DNA of 64,000 nucleotides from Candidatus Palauibacter sp. (lineage in GTDB: Bacteria > Gemmatimonadota > Gemmatimonadetes > Palauibacterales > Palauibacteraceae). Both the position numbers and the translations under genes were made by a program. Location of the stretch: positions 166,633 to 230,632 of the forward strand of contig NZ_OZ253465.1 of the NCBI RefSeq assembly GCF_965261555.1. The letters run 5' to 3'. The notes under the pieces are model-generated. The model ran no database searches. It was not told the DNA's origin and saw only the letters and a list, made by a program, of their open reading frames with translations. Positions 11,044-18,719 of this stretch are shown in pieces. Every line of letters begins with the position of its first letter. Position 1 is the stretch's first letter.

Positions 11044-11631
11044 TCAGCTGCGGATGAGGCTGGTGGCGAGAGTCCCGCGCAAAGCACCAACCTGCGCCTC
11101 GAAGCTCCAGCTACAATCCGAGGCGGCGGTTCTGGAATCGGCCATCAGTACGACTCCAGTGTGATCAACGAGAAGCTTCGTGTTCGGGAGAAGCGGGCCG
11201 AATGCGGTGTCCATGTCTTGCCTCGACGCTGCAATGAACGTCGTGCCGCGCAACGCCCGGCGCGCATCCTGAGGCACCTCGTCGCCACCAAACACCACGA
11301 CGTGACGCTTCAACGACGTATCGTCCCCAAGGGCATTCCACACGGCGACCCCGCCATCCAGGCAGGTTCGGCACCGGGCGAGGTCAACGATCCAGAGCAG
11401 GTGAGCATCCGTCGTATCCGACCTTGCGAGATCGAATGAGGACAGGAACACCGAAGTTCCGACCAGGCGATCCCGGACGCTCGACCGCTCGGCAAGGGGA
11501 CTCGTCACCTGCAGCGTCGCCGCAAGCTCGCGGTTCGACGAGGCCATGTTCCAAACCAGGATCGTGCCGCCAAGCACCAGCCCGAGCAGGGTCCAGTCCA
11601 GCACCGTCCTGGAGAATTTTCGTGCCGCCAT
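11044..11631 (-). CDS. Membrane-anchored thioredoxin-fold (TlpA/redoxin-like) protein with CxxC
   Basis: C-terminal 195 aa of ORF 11044..12579, from ATG 11631. N-terminal TM segment (TVLDWTLLGLVLGGTILVW). LLWIVDLARCRTCLDGGVAVWNAL resembles the beta1-CxxC-alpha1 of redoxins, and later PNTKLLVDHTGVVL resembles the cis-Pro/beta strand region. The fold assignment is motif-level only. Confidence 0.55.
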   Translation of the reverse strand: MAARKFSRTVLDWTLLGLVLGGTILVWNMASSNRELAATLQVTSPLAERSSVRDRLVGTSVFLSSFDLARSDTTDAHLLWIVDLARCRTCLDGGVAVWNALGDDTSLKRHVVVFGGDEVPQDARRALRGTTFIAASRQDMDTAFGPLLPNTKLLVDHTGVVLMADSRTAASDCSWSFEAQVGALRGTLATSLIRS

Positions 11632-11711
11632 GAGCGTCACTCGGCTACGATGAAAACCGGGTTTCTCGCGAACGATAAACTGGCTTCCCCGGGTGGCCGC
11701 AACCAGCAAGG

Positions 11712-12785
11712 AAACAGTATCAATTTGGCTCAAACCGTTTACTCTTGATCCAGAGTGGATACTCCGTCCGATCCGGCCGGGAGAATGGGGCGGACGTGTT
11801 CCGCGGTGAACGCCGCGAACAGCCGCTCCGGGGCCATCCGCTCCAGCTCGCGCGGCGTGCAGCCCGGCCATGTCTTTGTTCTTCGGGCCATGGTGGTCCG
11901 TCCAAGCCCCGTGCGGCGCTCCACGCGTTTCCAGATCAGGCCCGACCGGCGAAGCTCGTACACCCTGAGCACCGAGAGACCGCCGATGAACGCCTTCAGG
12001 GTCGTCGCCCCGTTCGTGCGAGCCCCGAACTGCCGGAACAGCGTGACGCGCGCGTACCCCACGGCTTCGGCCAGTTCCTGCGCGCTGCGGAACGGCCGGT
12101 CGGCGGCATGCCGCGCGGCAAGAACCAGAGCCTTCCCGAGGGCGGGAGGCAGTGAGGAGCGCTCGAGCGTGTCGGCCAGACTCCACAGGCCCCACGTCGC
12201 TCGCACGGCATCGAGGCGAGGTCGCAGATGTGTCCGCAGTTCGGCATACCAGACCAGCGACGCCGCACGCACGCGAAGCAATCGCCTGGCCAACTCGGGA
12301 TCGGGACCTGTCACCAGAACGACCGGCACCCACGGCCGCTCCCGCTCGAGCCTGACCAGGACGTCGACCTGATCGGGCCGAACCCGGCCACCACAAGCGA
12401 CGACCACCGCCTCGATCTGCTGGTCGAAGCTGGCGAACGCTCCGGTCGCGTCCGCCACGCGGGCATCCGGGCCCGCGGCTCCGCATACCTCCTGGGCTGT
12501 CTGAAGCGTGTCCGCGACCACAAGGATCATGGCGGCCTCCTGCATAGGGAACGCGGCTGTCCTCGCGCCTTCGATGCATCTCCGGCGCCTACATCTCCAT
12601 ATGCCGGGAGAGGGCGAACCGTTACGTGAGCCCGTCGACCCGCTCGCGCACCATCGTCGGAGTTCGTGTCGTTCTCTGTTCGTAACAGGCTGCATGACAA
12701 TGGCTTATGAACTTCTATGTCCGACGCGAAGAAGAAAAAGAGCTGTGGTGGTCGTTACCGGTGCACCGCTGGATCGATCACGCGC
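11712..12785. repeat. Copy 1 of a ~1.07-kb dispersed duplication (R gene + 27 nt 3' + ~255 nt 5' region)
   Basis: Collinear with 23491..24566. The sequence is identical just 3' of the stop (AAACAGTATCAATTTGGCTCAAACCGTTTA). The coding part is near-identical, the 5' region is patchily conserved, and similarity stops after the box at 12743-12778. Confidence 0.85.
11739..12530 (-). CDS. Transcription regulator R1: degenerate receiver-like N-domain + AraC-like double HTH
   Basis: Internal ATG 12530 of ORF 11739..12695, preceded by AGGAGG. 263 aa starting MILVVADTLQTAQEV.... The usual phospho-acceptor Asp position reads AVVVACGG. The C-terminus ELAEAVGYARVTLFRQFG...WKRVERRTGLGRTTMARRTKTWPGCTPRELER has the spacing of an AraC-type HTH pair. 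About 87% identical to R2. Confidence 0.7.
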   Translation of the reverse strand: MILVVADTLQTAQEVCGAAGPDARVADATGAFASFDQQIEAVVVACGGRVRPDQVDVLVRLERERPWVPVVLVTGPDPELARRLLRVRAASLVWYAELRTHLRPRLDAVRATWGLWSLADTLERSSLPPALGKALVLAARHAADRPFRSAQELAEAVGYARVTLFRQFGARTNGATTLKAFIGGLSVLRVYELRRSGLIWKRVERRTGLGRTTMARRTKTWPGCTPRELERMAPERLFAAFTAEHVRPILPAGSDGVSTLDQE

Positions 12786-14049
12786 AGCTCGCCAGGAGCT
12801 CTACATCACTCGTTAGGGCGTTCGTGCGCGACTTCATCGCCATGGGGACAAGCCGTGTGGCGATGATCCGGCGCGGGACCTCAGAGTCCTTCGATGTCGA
12901 GGGCGACGATGGAGGATTCGTCGAGGCTGCCGTGTGGAGGGCCCAGACCCTGCGCCCTCTCGCCTCCAGCAACCGTTGATCCTCCGGAAGGCGGATCGAG
13001 CCGAGGAATCGCCCGGACGATAGGAACACGTCGTGCATGGCTCCCGGGGCTCCATGTGGGCCGGCTGCTCCGGGGGGGGCGGGGCGGTCCCGCTGCACCC
13101 AGATCCGTCCGTCCACATCGACGACGATGCGGGAGATGACGGCCGGTAGCGGGGGCTCGCCGGCTTCGGCCAGGGCTTCGCCGAGGGTGCTCCGCCACGC
13201 GTCGGGCAGCTCCTCATCCAGCTCCTCCCCGCGCTCGGCAGGCGAGAGCGGGAGCGGTTCCCCCGGATGACAGAACCGCACGAGGCTCGTGCCGTCCCGG
13301 TCGAAGACCTCCAGTTCGTAACGCCCGTCCGGGTCGGAGACGACCCGGGTCTCCGCACCGACACCGAGCAGCGATCGCGGCCAGGCGGCGAGTGCCACGC
13401 CCGAGGGCACCCTCACGCGGGATCGTGCCACGGTGTCATGCGCGGCCGCGTCGGGAGACCAGCGCACGAAGGACCGCTCCTCCCAGCCATCCTCCACCGG
13501 CCCGGGGGATTCGATCCACACGCTCTGGTCCGGCTGGAGGGAGAGGAACCCGACCTCGCCGGACATGACCGCCGGCATGAGCAACGCCGGATCGACCGCC
13601 GTCACGCTGCTCGAACGCGACGCCAGGTCGAGTGAAGTCAGCCGATTCGTGCCGAGGTCCAGGACGAGGAGGGTGTTGGCATCGACCCAGGTCACCGCTG
13701 CCGGGGCCTGGACCTCGCCCGGGCCTTGGCCCCGTGTCATGACCGGCCCCAGCCACTCTCCATCGGGGTCGACCACGACGACTTCGGCGAGGCCCCAGTC
13801 CGCGATGGCCACCGATCCGTCGGGGCCTACGGCGACGTCAGCCGGAAAGATCAGTTCCTCCGTTTCCTCGGAGCCTCCGGCACGCCACACCTCACGCCAG
13901 GAAAGCTCGGCGGGCCAGGTCCCGACGCCCGTGTTCGTCACGGTCCGACCGTCGGGGTCCACGACTTCACACGCGGGGGATCCCGGCCGGCCGCAACCGG
14001 CGACCGTGGCGGCAAGGAGTGAGGTCAGTGCCCGGGATCCGAGAGTCAT
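12778..14049 (-). CDS. 6-bladed beta-propeller-type lipoprotein (propC), with a probable frameshift near the 3' end
   Basis: ORF 12778..14169 with internal ATG 14049. MTLGSRALTSLLAATVAGCG contains the lipobox VAGC. Blade motif TRGQGPGEVQAP. After ...RRVWALHT the annotated frame gives an unrelated Ser/Pro-rich tail. An alternative frame gives GSLDESSIVALDIEGL* (stop at 12881), which matches paralog C-termini. Confidence 0.7.
   Translation of the reverse strand: MTLGSRALTSLLAATVAGCGRPGSPACEVVDPDGRTVTNTGVGTWPAELSWREVWRAGGSEETEELIFPADVAVGPDGSVAIADWGLAEVVVVDPDGEWLGPVMTRGQGPGEVQAPAAVTWVDANTLLVLDLGTNRLTSLDLASRSSSVTAVDPALLMPAVMSGEVGFLSLQPDQSVWIESPGPVEDGWEERSFVRWSPDAAAHDTVARSRVRVPSGVALAAWPRSLLGVGAETRVVSDPDGRYELEVFDRDGTSLVRFCHPGEPLPLSPAERGEELDEELPDAWRSTLGEALAEAGEPPLPAVISRIVVDVDGRIWVQRDRPAPPGAAGPHGAPGAMHDVFLSSGRFLGSIRLPEDQRLLEARGRRVWALHTAASTNPPSSPSTSKDSEVPRRIIATRLVPMAMKSRTNALTSDVELLASCA
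12817..12841 (+). pseudogene. Relic of a katG 3' end (25 nt, 24/25 identical to katG 8945-8969)
   Basis: GGCGTTCGTGCGCGACTTCaTCGCC versus katG GGCGTTCGTGCGCGACTTCgTCGCC. It translates AFVRDFIA versus AFVRDFVA. Like the real katG end, it lies convergent to a propeller 3' end. Confidence 0.45.
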
Positions 14050-14081
14050 GTACTGACGCCTACCCCGCGATGGGCTCTCCG

Positions 14082-14195
14082 TCAATCGGGATTCGACTCC
14101 AGGAAGCTGGGCCTTGCGATCCGCAAGGGCGGAAAACGGCGGTCCTGGAGAACGTAGAGATACCGCCAATACGGCCTCTCCATGGGAACGAACGG
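14082..14195 (-). pseudogene. Relic: last ~35 codons of a propA-type propeller paralog
   Basis: Hand translation gives (M)ERPYWRYLYVLQDRRFPPLRIARPSFLESNPD*, compared with the propA end GGGRHLYLLADTRFPPWRIARLSFRRENPD*. The nucleotide block ~14082-14140 parallels 9637-9700. Confidence 0.5.
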
Positions 14196-14210
14196 GTAGG
14201 TGTGTAACGT

Positions 14211-14816
14211 TTGGCGGTTTCGCGGCATATACAAGATGGGAGTTTACGTCATCAAGCGGCGGAAGGAATCCATGGCGGGCGACTTGACTTGCTGACGTCC
14301 GAGCAGGAGCGGCGACTGGCCGACGAGGCGGGACGCGGCGATCGCGAGGCTCTGGAGTGCCTGTACAGGGAGTATTCCGACGAGTTGTACGACATTGCGC
14401 GTCGTCTGACCGGATCGTCGGCTGATGCGTACGATGTCGTGCACAGTATGTTCGGTCGGCTTCCCGCTGCCCTTCGGGGCTACGCCCGTCACCGCCCGCT
14501 CAGACCGTGGCTGCACGCTGTGACGGTTCGCGCGGCCCTCTCGCAGATCCGGCGGGAAAGGCGGCGTGGCGAAGTATCGATGCCCGATGATCGGGTCGAT
14601 GAGGCGTCCGTTGGAACGCCCCTCTTGGATTTCATCATGCTTGAACGTGCACTGTCTTCGCTCCCGGAGGGATACAGGTCCGTGATCGTGCTTAAGGAAT
14701 TCCAGGGCTATTCCCACCGGGAGATCGGCAAGCTGCTGGGAATATCGCGTGCCGCTTCGCGCGCGCGGCTATGCAGGGCGCGGATAGAGCTCCGTGCCAT
14801 GCTGGCCGATGAATAA
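14211..14816 (+). CDS. ECF-type RNA polymerase sigma-70 factor
   Basis: ORF 14211..14816. Region 2-like GDREALECLYREYSDELYDIARRLTGSSADAYDVVHSMF. Region 4 YRSVIVLKEFQGYSHREIGKLLGISRAASRARLCRARIELR. The TTG at 14211 is probably too far upstream, so the true start is uncertain. Confidence 0.8.
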   Translation: MAVSRHIQDGSLRHQAAEGIHGGRLDLLTSEQERRLADEAGRGDREALECLYREYSDELYDIARRLTGSSADAYDVVHSMFGRLPAALRGYARHRPLRPWLHAVTVRAALSQIRRERRRGEVSMPDDRVDEASVGTPLLDFIMLERALSSLPEGYRSVIVLKEFQGYSHREIGKLLGISRAASRARLCRARIELRAMLADE

Positions 14817-14827
14817 GGAGATGAGAG

Positions 14828-17011
14828 GTGTTTTCTGACAAGACGGGAGAGCATCCGGACGATCAGGCTCTAAACCGTTTCGCTGACGGCGAATTGAAAG
14901 GACGTGCCGCCCGCCGTGTCCGCTCACACCTTCAATCGTGCGCGGCGTGTCGCGAAGAAGTCCAGTTCATTCGTGACCTGGGGCACGCAATCCGGACGAT
15001 CCCCTCGCCGAGGCCACCGGAAGCTCTGTTCGACGAGATCTTCCGGAAGGAGCCGAAGAGTGCCACGGTTGGCCCCGCGACCGTACCGCAGCCGAGGCTC
15101 ATCGCGTTCTCGCGAAGTCTGCTTCTTGCGGCGGGGATCTGTCTGTTGGTGCTCATCGCGGCAATCGCCGCGTTGACCCTTGGGTCCGACCGGGCCATGG
15201 CCGGCTCGAGCAGATTGAGCTTCGAAGGGGAAGCGCCGGACGCGCTCACACTCCGTTACGAGACGGTCTCACCCTTCGCAGAGGAACGTGCTCTCCGGGC
15301 GCGGTTGCGCTACTGGGTTCCCGATTCGCTCCGCTTCGCGCAGACCGACCCGGGGTACCGCACAGCAGAAATCTCCCGCGAAGGATCCAACGTTTTCGCC
15401 GGCACCGTGGCCCTGCCGTCCGGTACCGTCTACGCCGTCGCCACCGTTGAAGACCTGGACGGAAATTACATCGACAGCAACTTCGGTCGGCTCTGGGAAT
15501 ACGTCGAAGCGGATCCCGGGGGCCGACCGACGTTGCAGGCGCGACGCTACCAACTGCTGGCGACCTCTGCGTTCAGCGTCTCCCGGGCCGCCGCAGTCGC
15601 GGAGGAAGCCGCCTTGCAGTTCCCCGGGCAGCCCGAGTTCCGGGTCCGGCAGTTGTTGTTCGCGCAGAGCGCAATTCCAGCCGCGTCACGCACCGCACTC
15701 CTCCGCCAGCACGCGCTTCGTCTGACGGAACTGGATGGCGCCGCCCGGGAAGGAAATCCGGGCCCCGTGGAACTCGACGCCCTCCAACGCTACGCAGCGC
15801 TCCTCGACCGGCCCGACCTGGCGAGCTACTGGTCGGACCAGCTGGTGCGTCGGTACCCGCAACACGGAGCGGCGGCCATGGCGCACCTGCAGTCGATTGT
15901 CCGTTCTCCCATGACGGCTCCGAGGAAGTTGGAGGATCTTGAGGAGAGCTGGGCGAGGACGGGGGCGCCGGCGACCGCCCAGGTCGGCTTCCGACTCTCG
16001 CTCCAGCTCGCAGATCCCGTCCTGACCAGGAGCTGGTTGGACCGCCACTCCCGGACCTCCGTGTTCCGCGACCTTAGCTACGACACTGAAATAGCCGCGG
16101 ACATGATGGGGGTGCCTGTCCTGTGGCCGATCGCCGAAGCGTGGATCCTCGATCGTCTTGACGACAGCCGCGATGAGATGGGGCCCGAGCGGCCGCTCGA
16201 TCAGTCACGTCGGAACTTCCGGGCCGAAGTGAGCCGGCACCGTGCGCGACTCAACCTCTACCTCGCCCGTCTCCGCCTCGCCCGCGGGCAGTTGGCGGAC
16301 GCGGTGGCGGCAGCAGAGCGGTCGGTCGGGGAGACGTGGAGTCCCCACATCTTTCAGGAAGCCGCCGAGATCCTCCGCGCCGCCGGGTCGGATCTCCGCG
16401 CCGGCGAGTTGCTGGCACTTTCCCGCGTGGATCCGGTGGCCCCCCTGAACTCCCGTCCGGTCTCCGACGGATCGCCGGCCCTCCCCGAGCCTTCGGAGGA
16501 GCAACTCGCGGCGGCTCGGACGACCATGTACGACCGCGTCACGGCCGCACTGCTCGAAGAGTACGTCGACCTCGAAGCACGCGTGCGATCGGCAACCGGC
16601 GAAGAGACGACGCTCCGCGAGGTGGTTGGCGACAGCCTCTTCCTGGTGGTCCAAGCCTATCGGCCAGACTTCGTGCCGGATGACGCATTGGCCCTTCTCG
16701 ACGTGAACTCCAACGAGTTACGCGCAGCCGGCGTGGGGACCCTCCTGATTGCTCAGAGGCCGGCTCCCGCTGAACCGGAACAGCCCGACTCCAGCCTGTC
16801 CAGCCCGAGGTTCCATCACGACGTGGGATACGAGGCGTGGGACAGTCTGCGCGCGTGGCGCCAGGTGCAGTACTTCGTCCTGGATCCGAGTGGCAGGCTC
16901 CGCCACCGCGGGGAGGATCTGGAGACGACTCTCCGCATTCTATTCGTGCTCTCGACGCGAACGGTCGCGTCTTCCGATGTCGCACCAGACCGAAAGGAAA
17001 CGGACACATGA
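14828..17011 (+). CDS. Anti-sigma factor (zf-HC2 N-domain, one TM segment, ~600-aa extracytoplasmic domain)
   Basis: ORF 14828..17011 with GTG start 8 nt after AAGGAG. HLQSCAACREEV is the H-x3-C-x2-C anti-sigma motif. TM segment LLLAAGICLLVLIAAIAAL. The last ~130 aa (TTLREVVGDSLFLVVQAYRPDFVPDDALALL...QYFVLDPSGRLRHRGEDLETTL) resemble a Cys-less redoxin fold, which is a weak call. Confidence 0.75.
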   Translation: MFSDKTGEHPDDQALNRFADGELKGRAARRVRSHLQSCAACREEVQFIRDLGHAIRTIPSPRPPEALFDEIFRKEPKSATVGPATVPQPRLIAFSRSLLLAAGICLLVLIAAIAALTLGSDRAMAGSSRLSFEGEAPDALTLRYETVSPFAEERALRARLRYWVPDSLRFAQTDPGYRTAEISREGSNVFAGTVALPSGTVYAVATVEDLDGNYIDSNFGRLWEYVEADPGGRPTLQARRYQLLATSAFSVSRAAAVAEEAALQFPGQPEFRVRQLLFAQSAIPAASRTALLRQHALRLTELDGAAREGNPGPVELDALQRYAALLDRPDLASYWSDQLVRRYPQHGAAAMAHLQSIVRSPMTAPRKLEDLEESWARTGAPATAQVGFRLSLQLADPVLTRSWLDRHSRTSVFRDLSYDTEIAADMMGVPVLWPIAEAWILDRLDDSRDEMGPERPLDQSRRNFRAEVSRHRARLNLYLARLRLARGQLADAVAAAERSVGETWSPHIFQEAAEILRAAGSDLRAGELLALSRVDPVAPLNSRPVSDGSPALPEPSEEQLAAARTTMYDRVTAALLEEYVDLEARVRSATGEETTLREVVGDSLFLVVQAYRPDFVPDDALALLDVNSNELRAAGVGTLLIAQRPAPAEPEQPDSSLSSPRFHHDVGYEAWDSLRAWRQVQYFVLDPSGRLRHRGEDLETTLRILFVLSTRTVASSDVAPDRKETDT

Positions 17012-17223
17012 CTCGAAAGCGCCTCCTGGCAGCCGCCGTGATCGGACTCACTGCCGCGATCATCCCCGTTACGACCGGGGCCAACGCAAGTCTCGGCGTT
17101 GAATTGTCGACGGCCGCATGCGCGGAAGGGGGTTGTGGAAGGTTGTCGCTGGCCGACTGCTTCTGTCCCGACATGCAATTCCCGAACCTCATGCCGCGGT
17201 GCGATGAGCCTCTCGCGGACTGA
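17008..17223 (+). CDS. Cys-rich secreted mini-protein P3 (71 aa, 5 Cys)
   Basis: Internal ATG of ORF 16837..17223, overlapping the anti-sigma stop (ATGA). Sequence: MTRKRLLAAAVIGLTAAIIPVTTGANA|SLGVELSTAACAEGGCGRLSLADCFCPDMQFPNLMPRCDEPLAD. It has a typical n-h-c signal with an AxA site. The propeller gene starts 8 nt after its stop. Confidence 0.55.
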   Translation: MTRKRLLAAAVIGLTAAIIPVTTGANASLGVELSTAACAEGGCGRLSLADCFCPDMQFPNLMPRCDEPLAD

Positions 17224-17231
17224 GCACCGGA

Positions 17232-18287
17232 TTGCGTAGGTGGACCGTCGGGGCCGTGGCCGGGGTGACGATCTGCGCACTTGCGTTGCTCGGCGGACGT
17301 GGTGGCGAGCCTCGCGCGGCCCCGGCCCCGGCAACCCTCGTTCCTGATGCGGTGTACTCGGACGATTCCCTGGGCTGGATCATAGATCTGGCACTGGCAG
17401 GTGACCGTCTCGTCGGAATCGACGCGCTGCTCGATCCAAGCGTGCACGTGTTCCACCCTCAAAGCGTGGAGCGTCTGGGATCCTACGGAAAACGTGGGGA
17501 CGGGCCGGGGGAGTTCAAGGACCCGGAGCAGATCGTGCCCGCGCCCGACTCGCCGGACGCGGTGTGGATCCTGGACGGCGTCCACCAACGCCTGACGTGG
17601 CTGTCCGTGAGCGAGATTGAAGCGGGATCCGTCGTCGCACCGGAGACGTTCCGCATGGACGGACCGAACGCCGGGTCACTGGTACGCGCCCCAAACGGCC
17701 AGTGGTTCGCGGGTGGCTGGATCACGGGGGGGCGGGTAGCTCGGTACCGGGCGGATCGGAGCTACGATCGCACGATTCTTGGTTTTCCCTCGGGGGTCGA
17801 AGCGCCGGGCATGACGCTCCTGCAGGCGTACGAAAGCCGAGTCGTCGCAAACCCTGCCGGACACCTCCTGGCGGCGGGGACGCTTCTTGGGGGTCTGCTC
17901 GACATCATCGACTACGATGGCACTCTGATCGCTCATGCCGCCGTGTCCGGCGCCTTTCAGCCGGTGTGGCGGCAAGGCCGGTCACGGGGTGGGAGGGCCG
18001 TTATGTCCCTCGGACCGGAGGCGCGCTACGGATTCACGGATCTGGTGGGTACGGAGCGCTACGTTTACGGCCTCTTCTCCGGGCGGAGCGTGGATGGGCC
18101 CGGCACTCCGTGGGCCACGACGCACGTGCAGGTCTACACATGGGATGGCAACTACGTGAAGACGCTGCACCTGGACCGAGCCGCGGAGGCCATCACCGTG
18201 GATGCCTCCGACACGTGGCTGTACGCCACGGGCCCCGACCCCACGCCGTGGGTCGGACGCTTCTTGTTGCAGGGCCACCTGAGATGA
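17232..18287 (+). CDS. 6-bladed beta-propeller-type secreted protein (propD)
   Basis: ORF 17232..18287 with a TTG start. Signal-like VGAVAGVTICALALLGG. Blade motif GKRGDGPGEFKDPEQI. Repeated D-x-x-G-x-hydrophobic strands. Start uncertain. Confidence 0.75.
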   Translation: MRRWTVGAVAGVTICALALLGGRGGEPRAAPAPATLVPDAVYSDDSLGWIIDLALAGDRLVGIDALLDPSVHVFHPQSVERLGSYGKRGDGPGEFKDPEQIVPAPDSPDAVWILDGVHQRLTWLSVSEIEAGSVVAPETFRMDGPNAGSLVRAPNGQWFAGGWITGGRVARYRADRSYDRTILGFPSGVEAPGMTLLQAYESRVVANPAGHLLAAGTLLGGLLDIIDYDGTLIAHAAVSGAFQPVWRQGRSRGGRAVMSLGPEARYGFTDLVGTERYVYGLFSGRSVDGPGTPWATTHVQVYTWDGNYVKTLHLDRAAEAITVDASDTWLYATGPDPTPWVGRFLLQGHLR

Positions 18288-18583
18288 CGCCGACGATTTC
18301 CTTCGCGGACTGGGTGGACTGGCTCGCGATGGAACTGACCGTCGCCCGACTCTACGAGTCGGCGCCTCCGCCTCTGAAGCATGAAATGAAGGCAACGGTC
18401 CGTCGGCTCGCCGAGGGCATCGGCGAAGACGAGATCGAAGCGTTCACGTCGCAGATTCCGAACTTCGGACGAGCGCTGGGCAGTTTCTCGCCCGAAGAAC
18501 AGCGCCGCTTCAACCGTCAGTTCGCGGTATCCGTCACCGAGGTATCCCTCCATTGGGCCACGGTATTCGCCGACCGGGATTGA
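18284..18583 (+). CDS. Hypothetical 99-aa protein, translationally coupled to propD
   Basis: In-frame ATG of ORF 17702..18583, overlapping the propD stop (ATGA). Starts MTPTISFADWVDWLAMELTVARLYE.... No signal peptide and no family recognised. Confidence 0.4.
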   Translation: MTPTISFADWVDWLAMELTVARLYESAPPPLKHEMKATVRRLAEGIGEDEIEAFTSQIPNFGRALGSFSPEEQRRFNRQFAVSVTEVSLHWATVFADRD

Positions 18584-18719
18584 AACATCCGCAGGCCATC
18601 TCCCCGACGCTCGTGTTCCCAACGTCCCGGCCCTCGGAGTCCGTGACTTCATACGCCGGCTTCGGGACGATGAGCGCGCCGTCAACCGATGCAGGCGCCG
18701 CCGGACGACCCTCGCGGAG

